A DNA stretch of 64,000 nucleotides from Octopus vulgaris (GCA_951406725.2 OX597819.1:35402001-35466000), one strand, 5' to 3'; shown: positions 26,478 to 39,370, counted from the first letter of the stretch. The notes: generated by a model from the sequence alone, not told the origin. Translations and numbers: made by a program.

Positions 26478-27082
26478 TTAAACCTTTAGCATTTAAACCA
26501 GCCATATCCAGACGAAATATTCAACCTGCTTTATGTTCAAACTGGTCAGATGTGGTCTCTCACACCAATCCTACAGTATTATTCTAAAAATTAACAGTTA
26601 GGCACTTGCTTACGAACCACATGGTTCCAGGTTCATTCCCACTGCGTGGTATCTTGGGCAAGTGTCTTCTACTATAGCCTCGGGCCAACCAAAGCCTTGT
26701 GAGTAGATTTGGTAGACGGAAACTGAACGAAGCCTGTCATATATATGTATATATATATATATATGTTTGTGTGTCTGTGTTTGTCTCCCAACATCGCTTG
26801 ACAACCGATGGTGGTGTGTTTACATCCCCGTAACTTAGCGGTTCGGCAAAAGAGACTGATAGAATAAGTACTAGGCTTACAAAGAATAAATCCTGGAGTT
26901 GATTTGCTCGACTAAAGGTGGTGCTCCAGCATGGCCACAGTCAAATGACTGAAACAAGTAAAAGAGTAAAAGAGTTACCTCTTCAAAATCTTAAACCTAC
27001 AAGATAATGGATGATTAATTCAAAGCAATGTAATTAAATAAATACTACTTTTGACAGAATAATGTCATTGCTAAAGGGTTAA
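26478..27082 (+). mobile_element. MITE C interrupted by SINE A (~26601-26975)
   Basis: Two halves of MITE C flank a 5'-truncated SINE A. Confidence 0.8.
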
Positions 27083-27154
27083 AAACAATAAGTTGAATGA
27101 TATATGGTGTCTTTTTTTAATTTTTTATCTTAGCCAATAATTGGTCTTTCAGGT

Positions 27155-27538
27155 TCTCTTTTACTTGTTTCTGTGAATGCAGTGATGCTGGGGTACTGCT
27201 TTGAAGGGTTTAGTCAAACAAATCAACCCTGGTACTTATTTTTTTTTTTAGCCTTAAACTACCAAGTTACAGGGATGTAAAGAAATCAACACCTGTTGCC
27301 AAACAGTGTTGGGTGACAAACACAAACATGCATATACATGGATATACGTATTATGTATATATATATATATATATGTATGTATGACGGGCTTCTTTCAGTT
27401 TCTGTTTACCAGTTCCACTCAAGGTTTTGATTGTCCTGGGGCTATTTTAGAAAACACTTGCCCAAGGTGCCATGCAGTGGAACTGAACCCAGAACCATAT
27501 GGTTGGGGAGCAAACTTCTCACCACACAGCCATGCCTG
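27155..27538 (-). mobile_element. SINE family A
   Basis: Reverse-complement homology to family A. Confidence 0.8.
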
Positions 27539-28946
27539 TATCTAATTGTATTTTTTCATTATCACCATTATAATTTTATTCGTTAAAGTTTATGAAGACA
27601 TAGTAGAGCATAGTTTATACATTAATATTTTTGAGTTTAAATCAGTCCTCTTGTATTAGATAGTACCAGTAATATACAAGGATTCAAATCAATCCATTGT
27701 ATTAGCTTAGCTTAAAAAATGCCTAATAGAAAAATCATATTATAATTGTTCACCTTCTCAGATGTTGGTCTTAGTTTACTCCAGTTATTCTTAAATATAT
27801 GCTTCCATAGTTTTAAACAAATGTCTTCAGATGGTATCAGATTAATATGATTCTTTGCTGTACCAAATATAATCTTTTTAACAACTTACTGGCTAGGTTT
27901 TGATGACAATCAATGATATTTGGCTGGTAGATTTAATCCATTGCCTGGTTTAACACCATTACTTGGTCCTTTGGGTGGAAACATTACCAGAGTTGACCCT
28001 GTTGTTGTAAGTATTTGGAACAGGTTTTAGGCTTGGGGAAAAATCCATAATATGTAGTTTCTTCTTCCCTTTCTCACTACCAGTCTCATGGGACATGCAC
28101 AAAGATCATGGGTGTTGCCCTTCCTTTTCTTAACTAAGCCATAACAAATATATTTAGAGAAATATCTCATTTGGAAACTTTCTCTTCTCTTTTCTGTCTG
28201 CCCTTCTACTTTTCTCTCTCTCCCACTCTCTCTCTCCCTTGCATGAAAGGCAGATTAAATGGGGCCATGAGTTGGAGAAGTGTAATGCAGTATGATTATG
28301 AATCATGAACAGGGAATTCAAAGGATTTGTTGCAATTAGTGCTGAGTAGTGTTCTGTTGACTATAGAACTGTGAGTGTAAATCAGATGAACTTTTTGAAT
28401 GTTCGTATATAACAATTCTTCTGAAGTAAATGGTGTGGAAATCAGTGAGTCACATCTGTTCCACTTCTCAAAGTTGGTGTTGAGGCACTTAGCTAATCTC
28501 ACTGAGTACTCCAATGGCAAATGTGAAGCAATAATAGCCTAGATGTAGGATTTGGAAGTTCCTCATTAATTTTTCATAGATTTTCTTTTTCCCATTTAGG
28601 AATGTTGAAAGCTATTTGCCTGAGCCTGCTGCCTAATACCAACTTCATCTTTCAAGTGATTTAAATTAAAATTTTTTATTAAAATGTTATGTTATGTTCC
28701 AAACATCAGCTAAATTATGACAGCTATTTTACTAATTTTTATTTTCAAAATTTACTAAAACAATGACAGTGTATTTCAACAGCAATACTGTGCGTATTTT
28801 CTGTCACTTATGCTCATGTCAGTATATTTTCTTTACACGTTATAGATATTGTAATGGGCTCATACTAATATGGATTCCATGCTACCATAGATATGTTAAA
28901 TTTCTGTGGTATATACTTATAAATTGTTTTACGTTTTGGTGTCACT

Positions 28947-29175
28947 TAACCCTTTAACATTCAGATTGTGCTGTCAATTCTAATGCTTATTTATTCACAT
29001 TATTTTGATTAATGTCATGTATTATCTCATAGCTTTGAGATTTCATTGGTATGATTGTTTTATTTTTAGAATGGCATTGTAAGATAGGTGTGAGAGGCCA
29101 GGTCTGGCTTGTTTGAATATAAAACATATAGAATATTTGGGTTGGATATGACTGGTTTGAATGCTAAATGATTAA
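28947..29175. mobile_element. MITE family C (reverse orientation)
   Basis: TTAACCCTTTAACATTCAG start; reverse homology. Confidence 0.75.
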
Positions 29176-29282
29176 ATAAAAGTGAGTTTTACATGTGAAA
29201 ATATAATCAATGTTTGATGCTTAGGAACTAGTTTTGACAGAATGAAACCAATAGGGAATTTGAATGCTATATCAAAGGGTTT

Positions 29283-29440
29283 AGGTATGGCTGTGTGGTT
29301 GGGAAGTTTGCTTCACAACCATTTGGTTTCAGGTACAATCAAAATGTTTGGCTCCTTCGGCATGTATCTTTTACAATAGTCTTGCAAATATCTTGTGAGT
29401 GGAATTTTGTACACAAAAATTGTGTAGAAGCCTGTCATAA

Positions 29441-29471
<31 letters not shown>

Positions 29472-29710
29472 GTATTCATAATATATGTATTCATAATATA
29501 TATATATGTATTCATCCACCCATCGAAATAAATAAATATATATATATATAGAACAGGTTTCTTTCAGTTTCTGTCTACCAAATCCACTCACAAGGCTTTG
29601 ATTGGCCCAGGGCTATAGTAGAAAACGCTTGTCCAAAGTGCTACATAGTGGGACTGAACCTAGAACTATGTGGTTGGGAAGCAAACTTCTTATAACACAG
29701 CTGTGCCTGT
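29283..29710. mobile_element. two SINE A 5' halves in inverted orientation around a (TA)n-rich spacer
   Basis: + copy ~29283-29440 and - copy ~29550-29710. Confidence 0.7.
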
Positions 29711-29925
29711 TATATATAATCTATAACTTTTTGATGTGGACATAACTAAAATTTTAATTGTTAACGTCACTTCAAAAAACAAATATAAGCTTTTCACACC
29801 TAAGATTATATAATTTTAGAACTGTAGGCATATCTACATTAAGAATTTTAGATTGTCCAATAAACACTCTGCTGGGTATAAAATAATTTTAGTATGTTAG
29901 TGTTAGGGCATGTGTGCACGTGCAC

Positions 29926-29957
<32 letters not shown>

Positions 29958-30414
29958 AGTTTTCAGCGAAGGATATAAGCAACAATGAGAAGATATAAAA
30001 GAAAGGAAAAAATTGAAGTCCTTTGAGATATTAAGTTACAGACCCGCCCCCCTTGCTACTGTCATTGTCTGAAATGCAGTGACTTAGTGATTAGGACATT
30101 GGAAACCTGTAAACAATTACACTATTGTCAACCATTTTTCAGGCATTATTTTTCCATGAAACTTATTGTTAGAAATCTAACACCCATTTGTTGCCAATCT
30201 TCTATGGTTGACTTCTCAAGTCTTTTGTGGTTGCATTTCCCAAGATAGTCATTGTTGACCTCTACTATACAGCTGCTCTTGTAGAAGCAGAGGACAGCAA
30301 CAACTATTTTATGTATAATAAAGTGTTAAACAATTGCAGCGCAAAAGGTGTTTGTTTATAAGCCATTTAAGAAACACACAAAACCGTAAGATTCACTTCA
30401 ACATTTAAATTTAA

Positions 30415-30465
30415 TTTGTCAAAATATTTTCGTCGCTTTGAGACCGCGACCTGTTCACTGACAAA
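30415..30465 (-). ncRNA. minimal type I hammerhead-ribozyme variant (G3-C8 core) in a Penelope-like fragment (~30310-30480)
   Basis: Minus strand reads UUUGUCA GUGAACA G GUCGC-ggucucaaa-GCGAC GAA AAUAUU U UGACAAA: 7-bp stem I, 5-bp stem II, palindromic stem III. Confidence 0.55.
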
Positions 30466-30499
30466 GCTTTGTGCTGCATCTGAGAAAGTAACAGATAGT

Positions 30500-30778
30500 T
30501 CATCATCATCATCATCGTTTAACGTCCGTTTTCCATGCTAGCATGGGTTGGACGGTTCAACTGGGGTCTGGGAAGCCAGAAGGCTGCGCCAGGCCCAGTC
30601 TGATCTGGCAGTGTTTCTAAGGCTGGATGTCCTTCCTAACGCCAATCACTCCGTGAGTTTTGTGGGTGCTTTTTATGTGCCACCTGCACAGGTGCCAGAT
30701 GAGGCTGGCGAACGGCCACAATCGGATGGTGCTTTTTATGTGCCACCAGCACGGGGGCCAGACGAGGCTGGCAATGAC
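30500..30778 (-). mobile_element. SINE-like family B
   Basis: (CAT)n followed by the reverse-complement core. Confidence 0.8.
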
Positions 30779-31223
30779 ATTAAAACAATTCAGATAGTGC
30801 AAACAAGCAAAACCATTATCTTCAAAATATATTTCTGGAATACATAGTCGAAGTCATCTGAAATCACGAAAGCTACTCCCCTGGGGTGGGGGAAGCGAAT
30901 ATCTTGTGTGTAATGAGTGTAACTTTATAGCATTCAGATTTCTTTGTCAAATGTATTACTTATTTATTCATACTGTTTTGGATTAATCATGCGTTACCTT
31001 GCAGCTTCAAAGTTTCAATGGTGCGTTTGCATATTTTTTAGAATGATGTTGTAGGGTAGGTATGAGAGGTTGGATGTGGTCAGTTTTAACATAAAACAGG
31101 TAGAATACTTGAGCTGGATTTCAAGAGTTGTTTTTGTGTATTAAAACTTTAAGAAAACTGCTGGTGTGAAATAACATTTTAAGTATCTTGCATAGCTCAT
31201 ATTTTATACTGGAAATAACTGTA

Positions 31224-31258
<35 letters not shown>

Positions 31259-32766
31259 AAGGGTAAACTTGTAGATTGAGAACAAGCTGTTAATGGAAAA
31301 TTTAGTGAGAATATCATAGTTTGAATTATAGAAACATTGTTATTATTATAGATTGTCATGTAAATAATGCTATATTATGTAAAGGCAAGCTTAACATAAA
31401 TGGCAATATGTAAATCTGATTTAAGGTGATAAACTGACAGAATCATTAGCATTCTGGGCAAAATGCTTAGTGGCATTCTCCATCTTTATGTTCTGAGTTC
31501 AGATTCTACTGTGATTGACTTAGCCTTTCATCCTTTCAGGGTCGGTAAAATAAGTACCAGTTGAGCCTTGGGCTCAGTGTAATTGACTTACTGATCCCTT
31601 CCAAAATTGCTGGGATTTTGCCAAAATCTGAAACCAGTTTGTAAACCTAATTTACTCGTGTCAGCAATAGTTTCAATTAATAAATTTACTTTTGTGGTTA
31701 ATCCTAGGTTTTTGTTTTCTATATCAATATATATATTATTTTCATAAATTGGAGCACATTTGTGAAGAAAATTTTGTTGATTGTTAATTATCAAAATACT
31801 TATATAAAAAGACTTGTTACTTAATTTTGTATGTTTATTGCTATATGGTTAATATGTGTATATATTTGCATATTTGCCTGTCATAATATGCATCTGGTTA
31901 TCATCGATATATTGTTGTCATACAATGTTATCAACTGTATATGCAATTAATATTGTTTGCCTGTGATAACATCTGTGTAAGGTTGTTACTGTGCTTGCTT
32001 CTGAAAATAACTGCTTTTGACAACCTGCTATCTTGTTATCAATCTCTGTCCAGTTTTATTTGACATTTTAGCTTGTTATAAGACCTTATAATTCCCTCAT
32101 AACTACATCTGATTTATCTCTCTATCATCTGGATAAATTTCCCAAACGTTTTCATGTTAAAAGTGTTGCATATGAAAGAGATATAGCAAAATGTATATCA
32201 CTGATTTAACTGTTTTCTAACTCCACCACCACCAAAACTACCACCACCACCACCACCACCATCACCATCACCAAAACTACCACCACCATCAATTTCTAAT
32301 GAACATTGTCTGGTTCTTTCAATTAATTTGAAAATAATCAGAATTTCATTATAATTAGAAGTTGGAAGGATTTGGTAAGATAACTAACTTTTCCATTATT
32401 ATTTTATCTCTGTCATTGCATTTAAAATGACTCGTAAGAAGCTTTTGATCCAGGAGATGAGAGAGATGGAAACTAGTCAGGCAGCAATTTAGTCTGAAAG
32501 TTCTCATGTTAGATGCAGAGGTTTTGCAATATGATTTAATGGGTTTTTTTCCCCCCCTCTTTATAGTTGATTTAATATTTATTTGGCTAGTTTCTTTCAA
32601 ACAGTATTTTTCTTATACATGTCTTGTCGGTATCAATTATTGCTCAGTAGATATTTTGTGGCTGTCTTTGATTGTTAAAGTTTAACCTTGAGAGTTTAAT
32701 GAAACAGTTACAAGTCAGAACTGGACAAAATGCTTAGCAGCATTTCTTCTGGCTCTTTACATCATT

Positions 32767-33190
32767 GGATTTTTTCGGTTTGAACAGCAGTTTTTTGTAG
32801 CAGTGTTATATGAAATTGTCACCCATAATTATGACCCTAGTATCGATCTATTGCATTTCAATCTGTTTTAGAGTTAGGGTTAGGGGTGGGGGGAAGGATA
32901 TCTTTTTTTTTTCACAAATGTAAATAAACCCAATCTGTTTCTTAAACGAGGGACATATTCATATGGCACAGAATGTTTTTTTTTACCTCAATAGACATAT
33001 TTGATTGGTTGAAATTGCAGGAATTGAAGGAAAAAAAACCCCACTAATATCTTACAAACTATAGAATTATTCTCAATAAAGCCAAGAGAAAAAGATGTTT
33101 TATAAACACATTCTACCAGTAGACGAAGTTTAAAATTTTTTAGTTACCTAGAAATTATGTTAAAAACTGCCGTTCAAACCGAAAAGATCC
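32767..33190. mobile_element. non-autonomous TIR element (family E), GG termini, 8-bp TSD, inserted in a SINE F
   Basis: GGAT.TTTTCGGTTTGAAC.GCAGTTTTT TIRs; perfect TSD ACATCATT at 32759-32766 and 33191-33198. Confidence 0.85.
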
Positions 33191-34539
33191 ACATCATTTT
33201 TCAAATGCTGTTGAAGTCAACTTTACCTTTCATCTTTTCAGGGTGGATAAAATAAAGTACCAAGCAAATACTGTAATAGACTAACCCTCTCCCACTAAAA
33301 AATTCCTGGCCTTGTATCAAAATTTGAAATAATTAATAGCTAATATAACTGCTTGCTTTATCACTAAACTACCTATGTATAACTTTATGTTGGCACACAG
33401 TGTTTCCCCTCCAGATCTCTGTGGTAGATTTATCCTTGGAATATCACCAAGTGTTAAGTACTTCTTAACAGTCACAAGTGAATTCTTCAGGGTGTTGATG
33501 TCCTTGCTCTTGAACACTTGATATAGTTGCTTTTGTTGCTCAGATGATACTAAGCAACACTCAAGAGATTTTCTGAACTTGTGTTTCAGTGTCACTATTT
33601 CTATGAAAGCATCCAACTAAAGTTAGGATCTTCTGGGTTTTTATGTTATTGAACTGTATTTCTTTTATAGTCCTGTCAAACCTTCCAAATGTTGCTATTG
33701 ATCTTTGCAGTACAAATACATTGTAACATGGTGCTTTGTAAGTGAAAAACTCCAAAAACCATAATTACAAAAAAATCAAATGTAATATCTTTGTTTATAA
33801 TACCTCTGTATAATACATTTTGTCAAAACCAAGTTATATGTAGTACTTGTTGTTTTCAACAAAATTTGGAAAGCAATTTTCCCACGTTATGTGTGAATAT
33901 TTCTTCTGGCCAAGTTCCATCCTTATATCTGCTGGAAATGTTATTAAACCAAGCTGCTTCTCAGCACCAGGGATATATCCAGTGTAGATCTTTTTGCTTT
34001 GACAAAGAAATTATGGGTTACATTAGCTTCTCTTGATGTTGTAAACTTTAGTACACAATTTTTGTTGTAAAAAAAAAAGCAAGCAAAAAAAAAAGTTTTG
34101 TTTAGTGCTGTTAAAATGCAAAAGTAGAGAGAGACCACCCTATGGAATGTTTCTTTTGAAATTCAAGGCAATCCTTGTGCTTTCAGTTATGCGATTGAAA
34201 ATGGTTGATCAGATACTTTCACTGAGTGAAATGACTTGGCAATAGTGTGCTAAGGCGGTAAGCTAGCAGAATTGTTTACATGTCAAGCAAAATGCTTAAT
34301 GGCCTTAACTGGCTTTTATATTCTGATTTCAAATACTGCCAAGGTCAGTTTTGACTTTCATCTTTATAGGATTGATAAAATAAAGTACCAGTCAAGTACT
34401 GAGGCTGATGTAATCGACTTACCCCTCCCCTAACATTGCTGGCCTTGTGCAAAACAAATCTGAAAACGATAGTATGTTAGGGTTAGGGATAATTAAAAAC
34501 CTTACTGCAGTCAAGTTTCTTTATTTCAGATCATAGAAC

Positions 34540-34768
34540 GTTAACCCTTTAGTATCCAAACTGGCCATATTCAGCCCAAATATTCTACCTGTTTTATGTT
34601 CAAACCAGCCAGATCCAGCCTTTCACACCTACCCTACAATATCATTAAAAAAATCAGCAATCACATTACAAAAATCCAACGACTATACGATAATGCATGG
34701 TAATTCAAAAACAATGTGAATCGATAAGCATTACATTTGACAGAATAATCTGAATGCTAAAGGGTTGA
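34540..34768. mobile_element. MITE family C
   Basis: Homologous to 3578-3806. Confidence 0.75.
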
Positions 34769-35074
34769 TAATTAAGCGTCCATCACACCCTGCATTGTTC
34801 TTTCCATCTACCTACTCATCATTCACTACCTTAATGGATTTGCAATAGTCTTGGAGGATGTAAAGCTTACATATAAGGCAATGGTTCTGTAGTTTTCTTT
34901 CAAGTCGCTTAATTTTTTATAAATTATTTGCTTCTATTATAGCAATTCAGTTCCAGTTTTAAAATATATTCTTATAAGGGCAACACAGTGCGTATATGTA
35001 TGTGTGTATATATATGTATGTACAGGTGTATATGTGTGTGTGTGCGTTTGTGTGCAAACTTGGGTAAGTGGAGC

Positions 35075-35925
35075 ATTGAAATAGTAACACAGCTAAAATA
35101 CGCAGAGTGAAGCTGCTTGGCACAGATTGACCTTGCACTAAGTTTTAACGTCCTAACTCACTTCTGTTGTTTACAGCAGTGCTTGGAAGGAAGGTGTGTA
35201 GTGTGTGGTTGTTGCATTGACCATGACAGAGAAAGTTGAGCAGAGAATCTGCATCAAATTTTGCCAAAAGCTTGGCAATACCTGCTCAGCAGCCTATGCA
35301 TAGTTTTCAAATAGTTTCCATCATTCTTGACACAATCAAGGAGATCTTGTACAACTGAAACCCCAGTGTCTTTTTGGTCAGCTGAAAGCAGTTTTGACAT
35401 AAACTTGGCAGACACACGTCTCATATCCAAATCTTCAGTGATAATGGACTGAACTGAACCGTAACTTGTCTGTATGTTCTCTGATAACTCACGGATGGGG
35501 ATTCGATGATTTTCCTCTCACAGCTGCATGCACATCTGTGATGTTTTTCTCACTCCTGCTGGTTGTGTGTCTCCCAGAACGTCCATCAATATTGACATTT
35601 TTTTCGGCCATCTTGAAAATGTCTGAACTACTCATACACTTGTGTGTGGCTCATACACTCCTCTCCATACACTTTCTGCAACTTTGCACAAGCCTCTGAG
35701 CAGGTATTGCCTTGACAACTTTCTCTGTCATGGTCAATGCGATGGTCACACACTACACACCTTCCTTCCAAGCACTGCTGTAAAAAGCAGAAGTGAGCTA
35801 GACCGTTAAAACTTAGTACGCATGCATGGCAGAGTACAAGATCAATCTTTACCAAGCAGCTTCACTCTGCATGCTTTAGATTTGTTACTATAGCAACAGT
35901 CCAGATACTTATTGATCAGACTTTG
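35075..35925 (-). mobile_element. mariner transposon relic with inverted duplication of its 5' end
   Basis: Minus strand encodes LQKVYGEECMSHTQVYE*FRHFQDGR...DGRSGR (mariner HTH region); plus strand has MTEKVEQRICIKFCQKLG at ~35223; TIR-like end and TA at 35926-35927. Confidence 0.85.
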
Positions 35926-36057
35926 TATACACACACATACACACACACATATCATCATTTTTATGTCCACCTTTCAATGCTGACATTGTTAGGCAAGTCT
36001 GCTCCTGTGCAGCACCTTGTCATTTGTTATGGTTCTTTAGTATCTGTTAACCATTTA

Positions 36058-36580
36058 GCATCATCATCATCATCATTGTTCAACTGTAGTCGAGAATGGA
36101 ATTTACCATACTACACCAGACTTCACGGTCCATCATAGCATTACGGAGGTCCTGTTGCTGGATGCCTGTATCCCTGGAGATTACATCAGGGTAGGAGAGT
36201 GTGCGCCCTCTGGTATTGCGAGTGGATGGCTTCCAGAGGAGAAGAGTAGAAATTGCCTCGTTTTCAGCTCTACAACAATGTCCAGCAAACTGGACTCTCC
36301 TACCTTTCACAAGAGATGACACAGGTGGTAGTTTCCCATATATTTGCATTTTGGTTGGATGACGCTTCCACGGGAGATTTTGAGCTCTCATAAGGAGGCG
36401 AGTGTAAGTTCCATCCAACCGCCTCTCAAGCTTCTTTGATAACGTCCAGGTTTCTGAGCCCTATAGTAGGATTGGTTCGATTGTGGCTTTGAAGATTTCA
36501 AGTTTGAAGTCTCTATTTAGATTTGATGACCAGTTCTTATGCATATCATTACAGGCTGACCAGGTCATACCCTTTCTAGT
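36058..36580 (-). mobile_element. RTE-like LINE 3' fragment with (GAT)n tail
   Basis: ATIEPILL*GSETWTLSKKLERRLDGTYTRLL...FAGHCCR...DREVW motifs. Confidence 0.85.
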
Positions 36581-36795
36581 TAGCATTTAAACTGGTTACA
36601 TCTGGCCAATATATTCTACCCATTTTATGTTCTAACAGGACATATCCAACCTCTCACACATACCCAACAATGTCATTCTAGAAATAAACAATCACATCAT
36701 TGAAATTTCAAAGCTACAAGATAATGCTTAACTCTAAACAATGTGAATAAATAAGCAATATATTTAACAGAGTAAGCTGAATGCTAAAGGGTTAA
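36580..36795. mobile_element. MITE family C (left end truncated)
   Basis: Ends AATGCTAAAGGGTTAA. Confidence 0.7.
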
Positions 36796-36915
36796 ATGTA
36801 ATGTAAAACTGTCAATCTTTTTATGGCTGGTTGCCCTCCTCATCACCAACCATTTAATAACCTGTACAGTGTGCATTTTATTGTGCTACTGGCTCACACA
36901 AAAATGCATTCATAA

Positions 36916-37352
36916 AAAAATTCGAGCGAGGTCGTCGCCAGTACCGCCTGACTGGCCCATGTGTAAAAATTCGAGCGAGGTCGTCGCCAGTACCGCCTGA
37001 CTGGCCCCTGTGTAAAAATTCGAGCGAGGTCGTTGCCAGTACCGCCTGACTGGCCCCTGTGTAAAAATTCGAGCGAGGTCGTTGCCAGTACCGCCTGACA
37101 GGCCCATGGGTAAAAATTCGAGCGAGGTCATTGCCAGTACCGCCTGACTGGCTCCCATACGAGTGGCACATAAAAACACCCACTACACTCTTGGAGTGGT
37201 TGGCGTTAGGAAGGCCACCCAGCTGTAGAAACTCTGCCAGATCAAGACTGGAGCTTGGTGCAGCCATCTGGTTCGCCAGCCCACAGTCAAACCGTCCAAC
37301 CCATGCTAGCATGGAAAGCGGACGTTAAACGACGATGATGATGATGATGATG
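36916..37352 (+). mobile_element. family B variant with a 49-bp tandem array (~4.8 copies, 36916-37152)
   Basis: TTCGAGCGAGG recurs at 36921, 36970, 37019, 37068 and 37117; single-unit version at ~44650. Confidence 0.85.
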
Positions 37353-38519
37353 ACAACTTAGATCTGTCTGCGTGCACACACACACACACAAAGACACACA
37401 TGTTCCATGTTAATATTGCCAAATGAACATAAAACTCTTAAAAACAGTCTTAGTATAATCTCTTAGATTTTACACAAGCCCATGTCTATATGCGCTCATA
37501 GACGAAACACATCTCATATTTTAAAGGGTTTTTTTTCCTAGCCGTTTTCTTCTTTATACCGAAAATAGATGTTATATGGATAACTACGTAATCAAATTTT
37601 AGTGATGAAAGTTACACTTAGTCATCCTTTGTTGAAAATTTTAGTTAAAATATATTTAAGTAAAAAGTGAGTTTAGTAATTAAATTGTCATTATATTAAT
37701 TTTCTTAAGGTCTTTTCAGATTATTCCATGTCTGTGACATTTACTTTTGTTAAAATAACAAACATTAGCTTCCATAAATAAATAAATAAGTCTTTGCAAG
37801 TACAGATTTGACTATGAAATGATGATAAACTTCTGGTATCCTCCACAGCAAGTGACTAAATAATCGTTTTCTCTCAATGCAATTCAACTTATTTTGTACC
37901 AGTTACTATACAATTTACCATGTTGCAGGTTACGTAGGATCTTACAAGACTATAGGGAAATTATAATTCTGATAATTGGGTTGACAAACATACACCCTCG
38001 CTAAATTAGGACTTTTCACCCCATATTTCTATGTAATTCTGTGTTAATGTTTTTATAAATGTAATTAATTCATTAACTTGCTGTAATTGCGATTGACAAT
38101 TATGTGGCTATTTTTCTTATGTGATAAGTTCTTATATTTTTTTTATTATTTACATCATATTTCTCTTTTCCCAAATTAATGCCCACCTCCTTTTGTACAT
38201 GTGTATGTATGTGTGTGTGTGTATATATATATATACCCACACACACACACACACACACAGAGGCTGACACAGTGTCTGCGTTGTCTAAATGTTGCAGACA
38301 TTTCCTTCACAATATGTGTCTATACATGCCTATAAATAACTCCTTAAAATTTAGCACATACACCAAAGCATTCTCTGCAAAGATGTGTGTGTGTGGCTGC
38401 AAAAAGTTGATTTTTACACTGTGAAATAGTTGCCTTTATTATCTCTCTTAAATGTTTTTAACCATTCAGTGCATTAAATATTCTCTTATAAAGCTTAGCT
38501 GGTTGAGATATGTGATGAT

Positions 38520-38600
38520 AGGCTGTCTAGAAGCAAGCACGCCCCTTCCCCAGGAAGCAGAACCTGCCACCCGGTTTTAAATTCCAGTTGTAGCCATTTC
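38520..38600 (+). promoter_or_regulatory. candidate internal promoter/enhancer
   Basis: Non-repeat GC-rich patch with CACGCCC (Sp/KLF-like) and CAGGAAG (ETS-like) just upstream of a splice donor; motif-level evidence only. Confidence 0.3.
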
Positions 38601-38624
38601 ATTTTTTGTTTTGTTTTGTTTCAG

Positions 38625-38640
38625 AACGCTTATGTCCTTG
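38625..38640 (+). other. candidate 16-nt microexon or end of an alternative first exon (AACGCTTATGTCCTTG)
   Basis: ttttttgttttgttttgtttcag acceptor and TTG|GTAAGA donor; contains ATG TCC TTG in frame with the 60335 exon. Confidence 0.45.
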
Positions 38641-39129
38641 GTAAGATATATTATTAATATGGTATACATTCCTCACATCTCTATAAATCTGTGGAATTAT
38701 GCTCGTGGAGGAACAAAAAAAAAAGAAGCAAAACAAAATTTGATGGGTATTCCATTGCTCTTCAGGCATTCTTTAAAGACATTTTGAAACATGTATGCAG
38801 GTGCTTAGGTCTACATATGCATGTTTGCACTTACGACTATGTATATGCACATGCAAATATAGATGTGCACTTATATGCATTACGAGACATACGCATATCT
38901 ACATACACACACCTGCAGACATGTGCACACATACACACGTGCACACTAATATGCACACGTGTGCACACATGCATGCATTCCACCAAACACACTGACATAC
39001 ATATATTCAGACATGGACACTTTGACACACATTCATGCATTCAGGTAAATACATACATGCATACACACATGCACTGACGTGCACATACTCACACATTCAC
39101 ACATGCTGTCTCTTTCTCCTTCTTTCTTT

Positions 39130-39299
39130 CATACACACACACACTGTCTGTCTCTCTCTCACACGCACACACACACACACACGCATATACATACACATGT
39201 ATATATATGTGTGTGTGTATATATACAAAAGCATACATGTGTGTGTGTATATATATATATATTTATATATATATACATACACACACATGTATGTTTTTG

Positions 39300-39370
<71 letters not shown>

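Noticed and set aside
32867-32893. TTAGGG motifs as an interstitial telomere
   Set aside because: Only 2-3 units, and an integral part of the family E element in both copies
33317-33755. Minus-strand 99-aa and 64-aa ORFs
   Set aside because: No recognisable domain or convincing splice signals; possibly an old TE remnant
36916-37152. Regular 49-bp repeats resembling a CRISPR array
   Set aside because: Head-to-tail units with no unique spacers, inside a SINE-like element in eukaryotic DNA, with no cas genes
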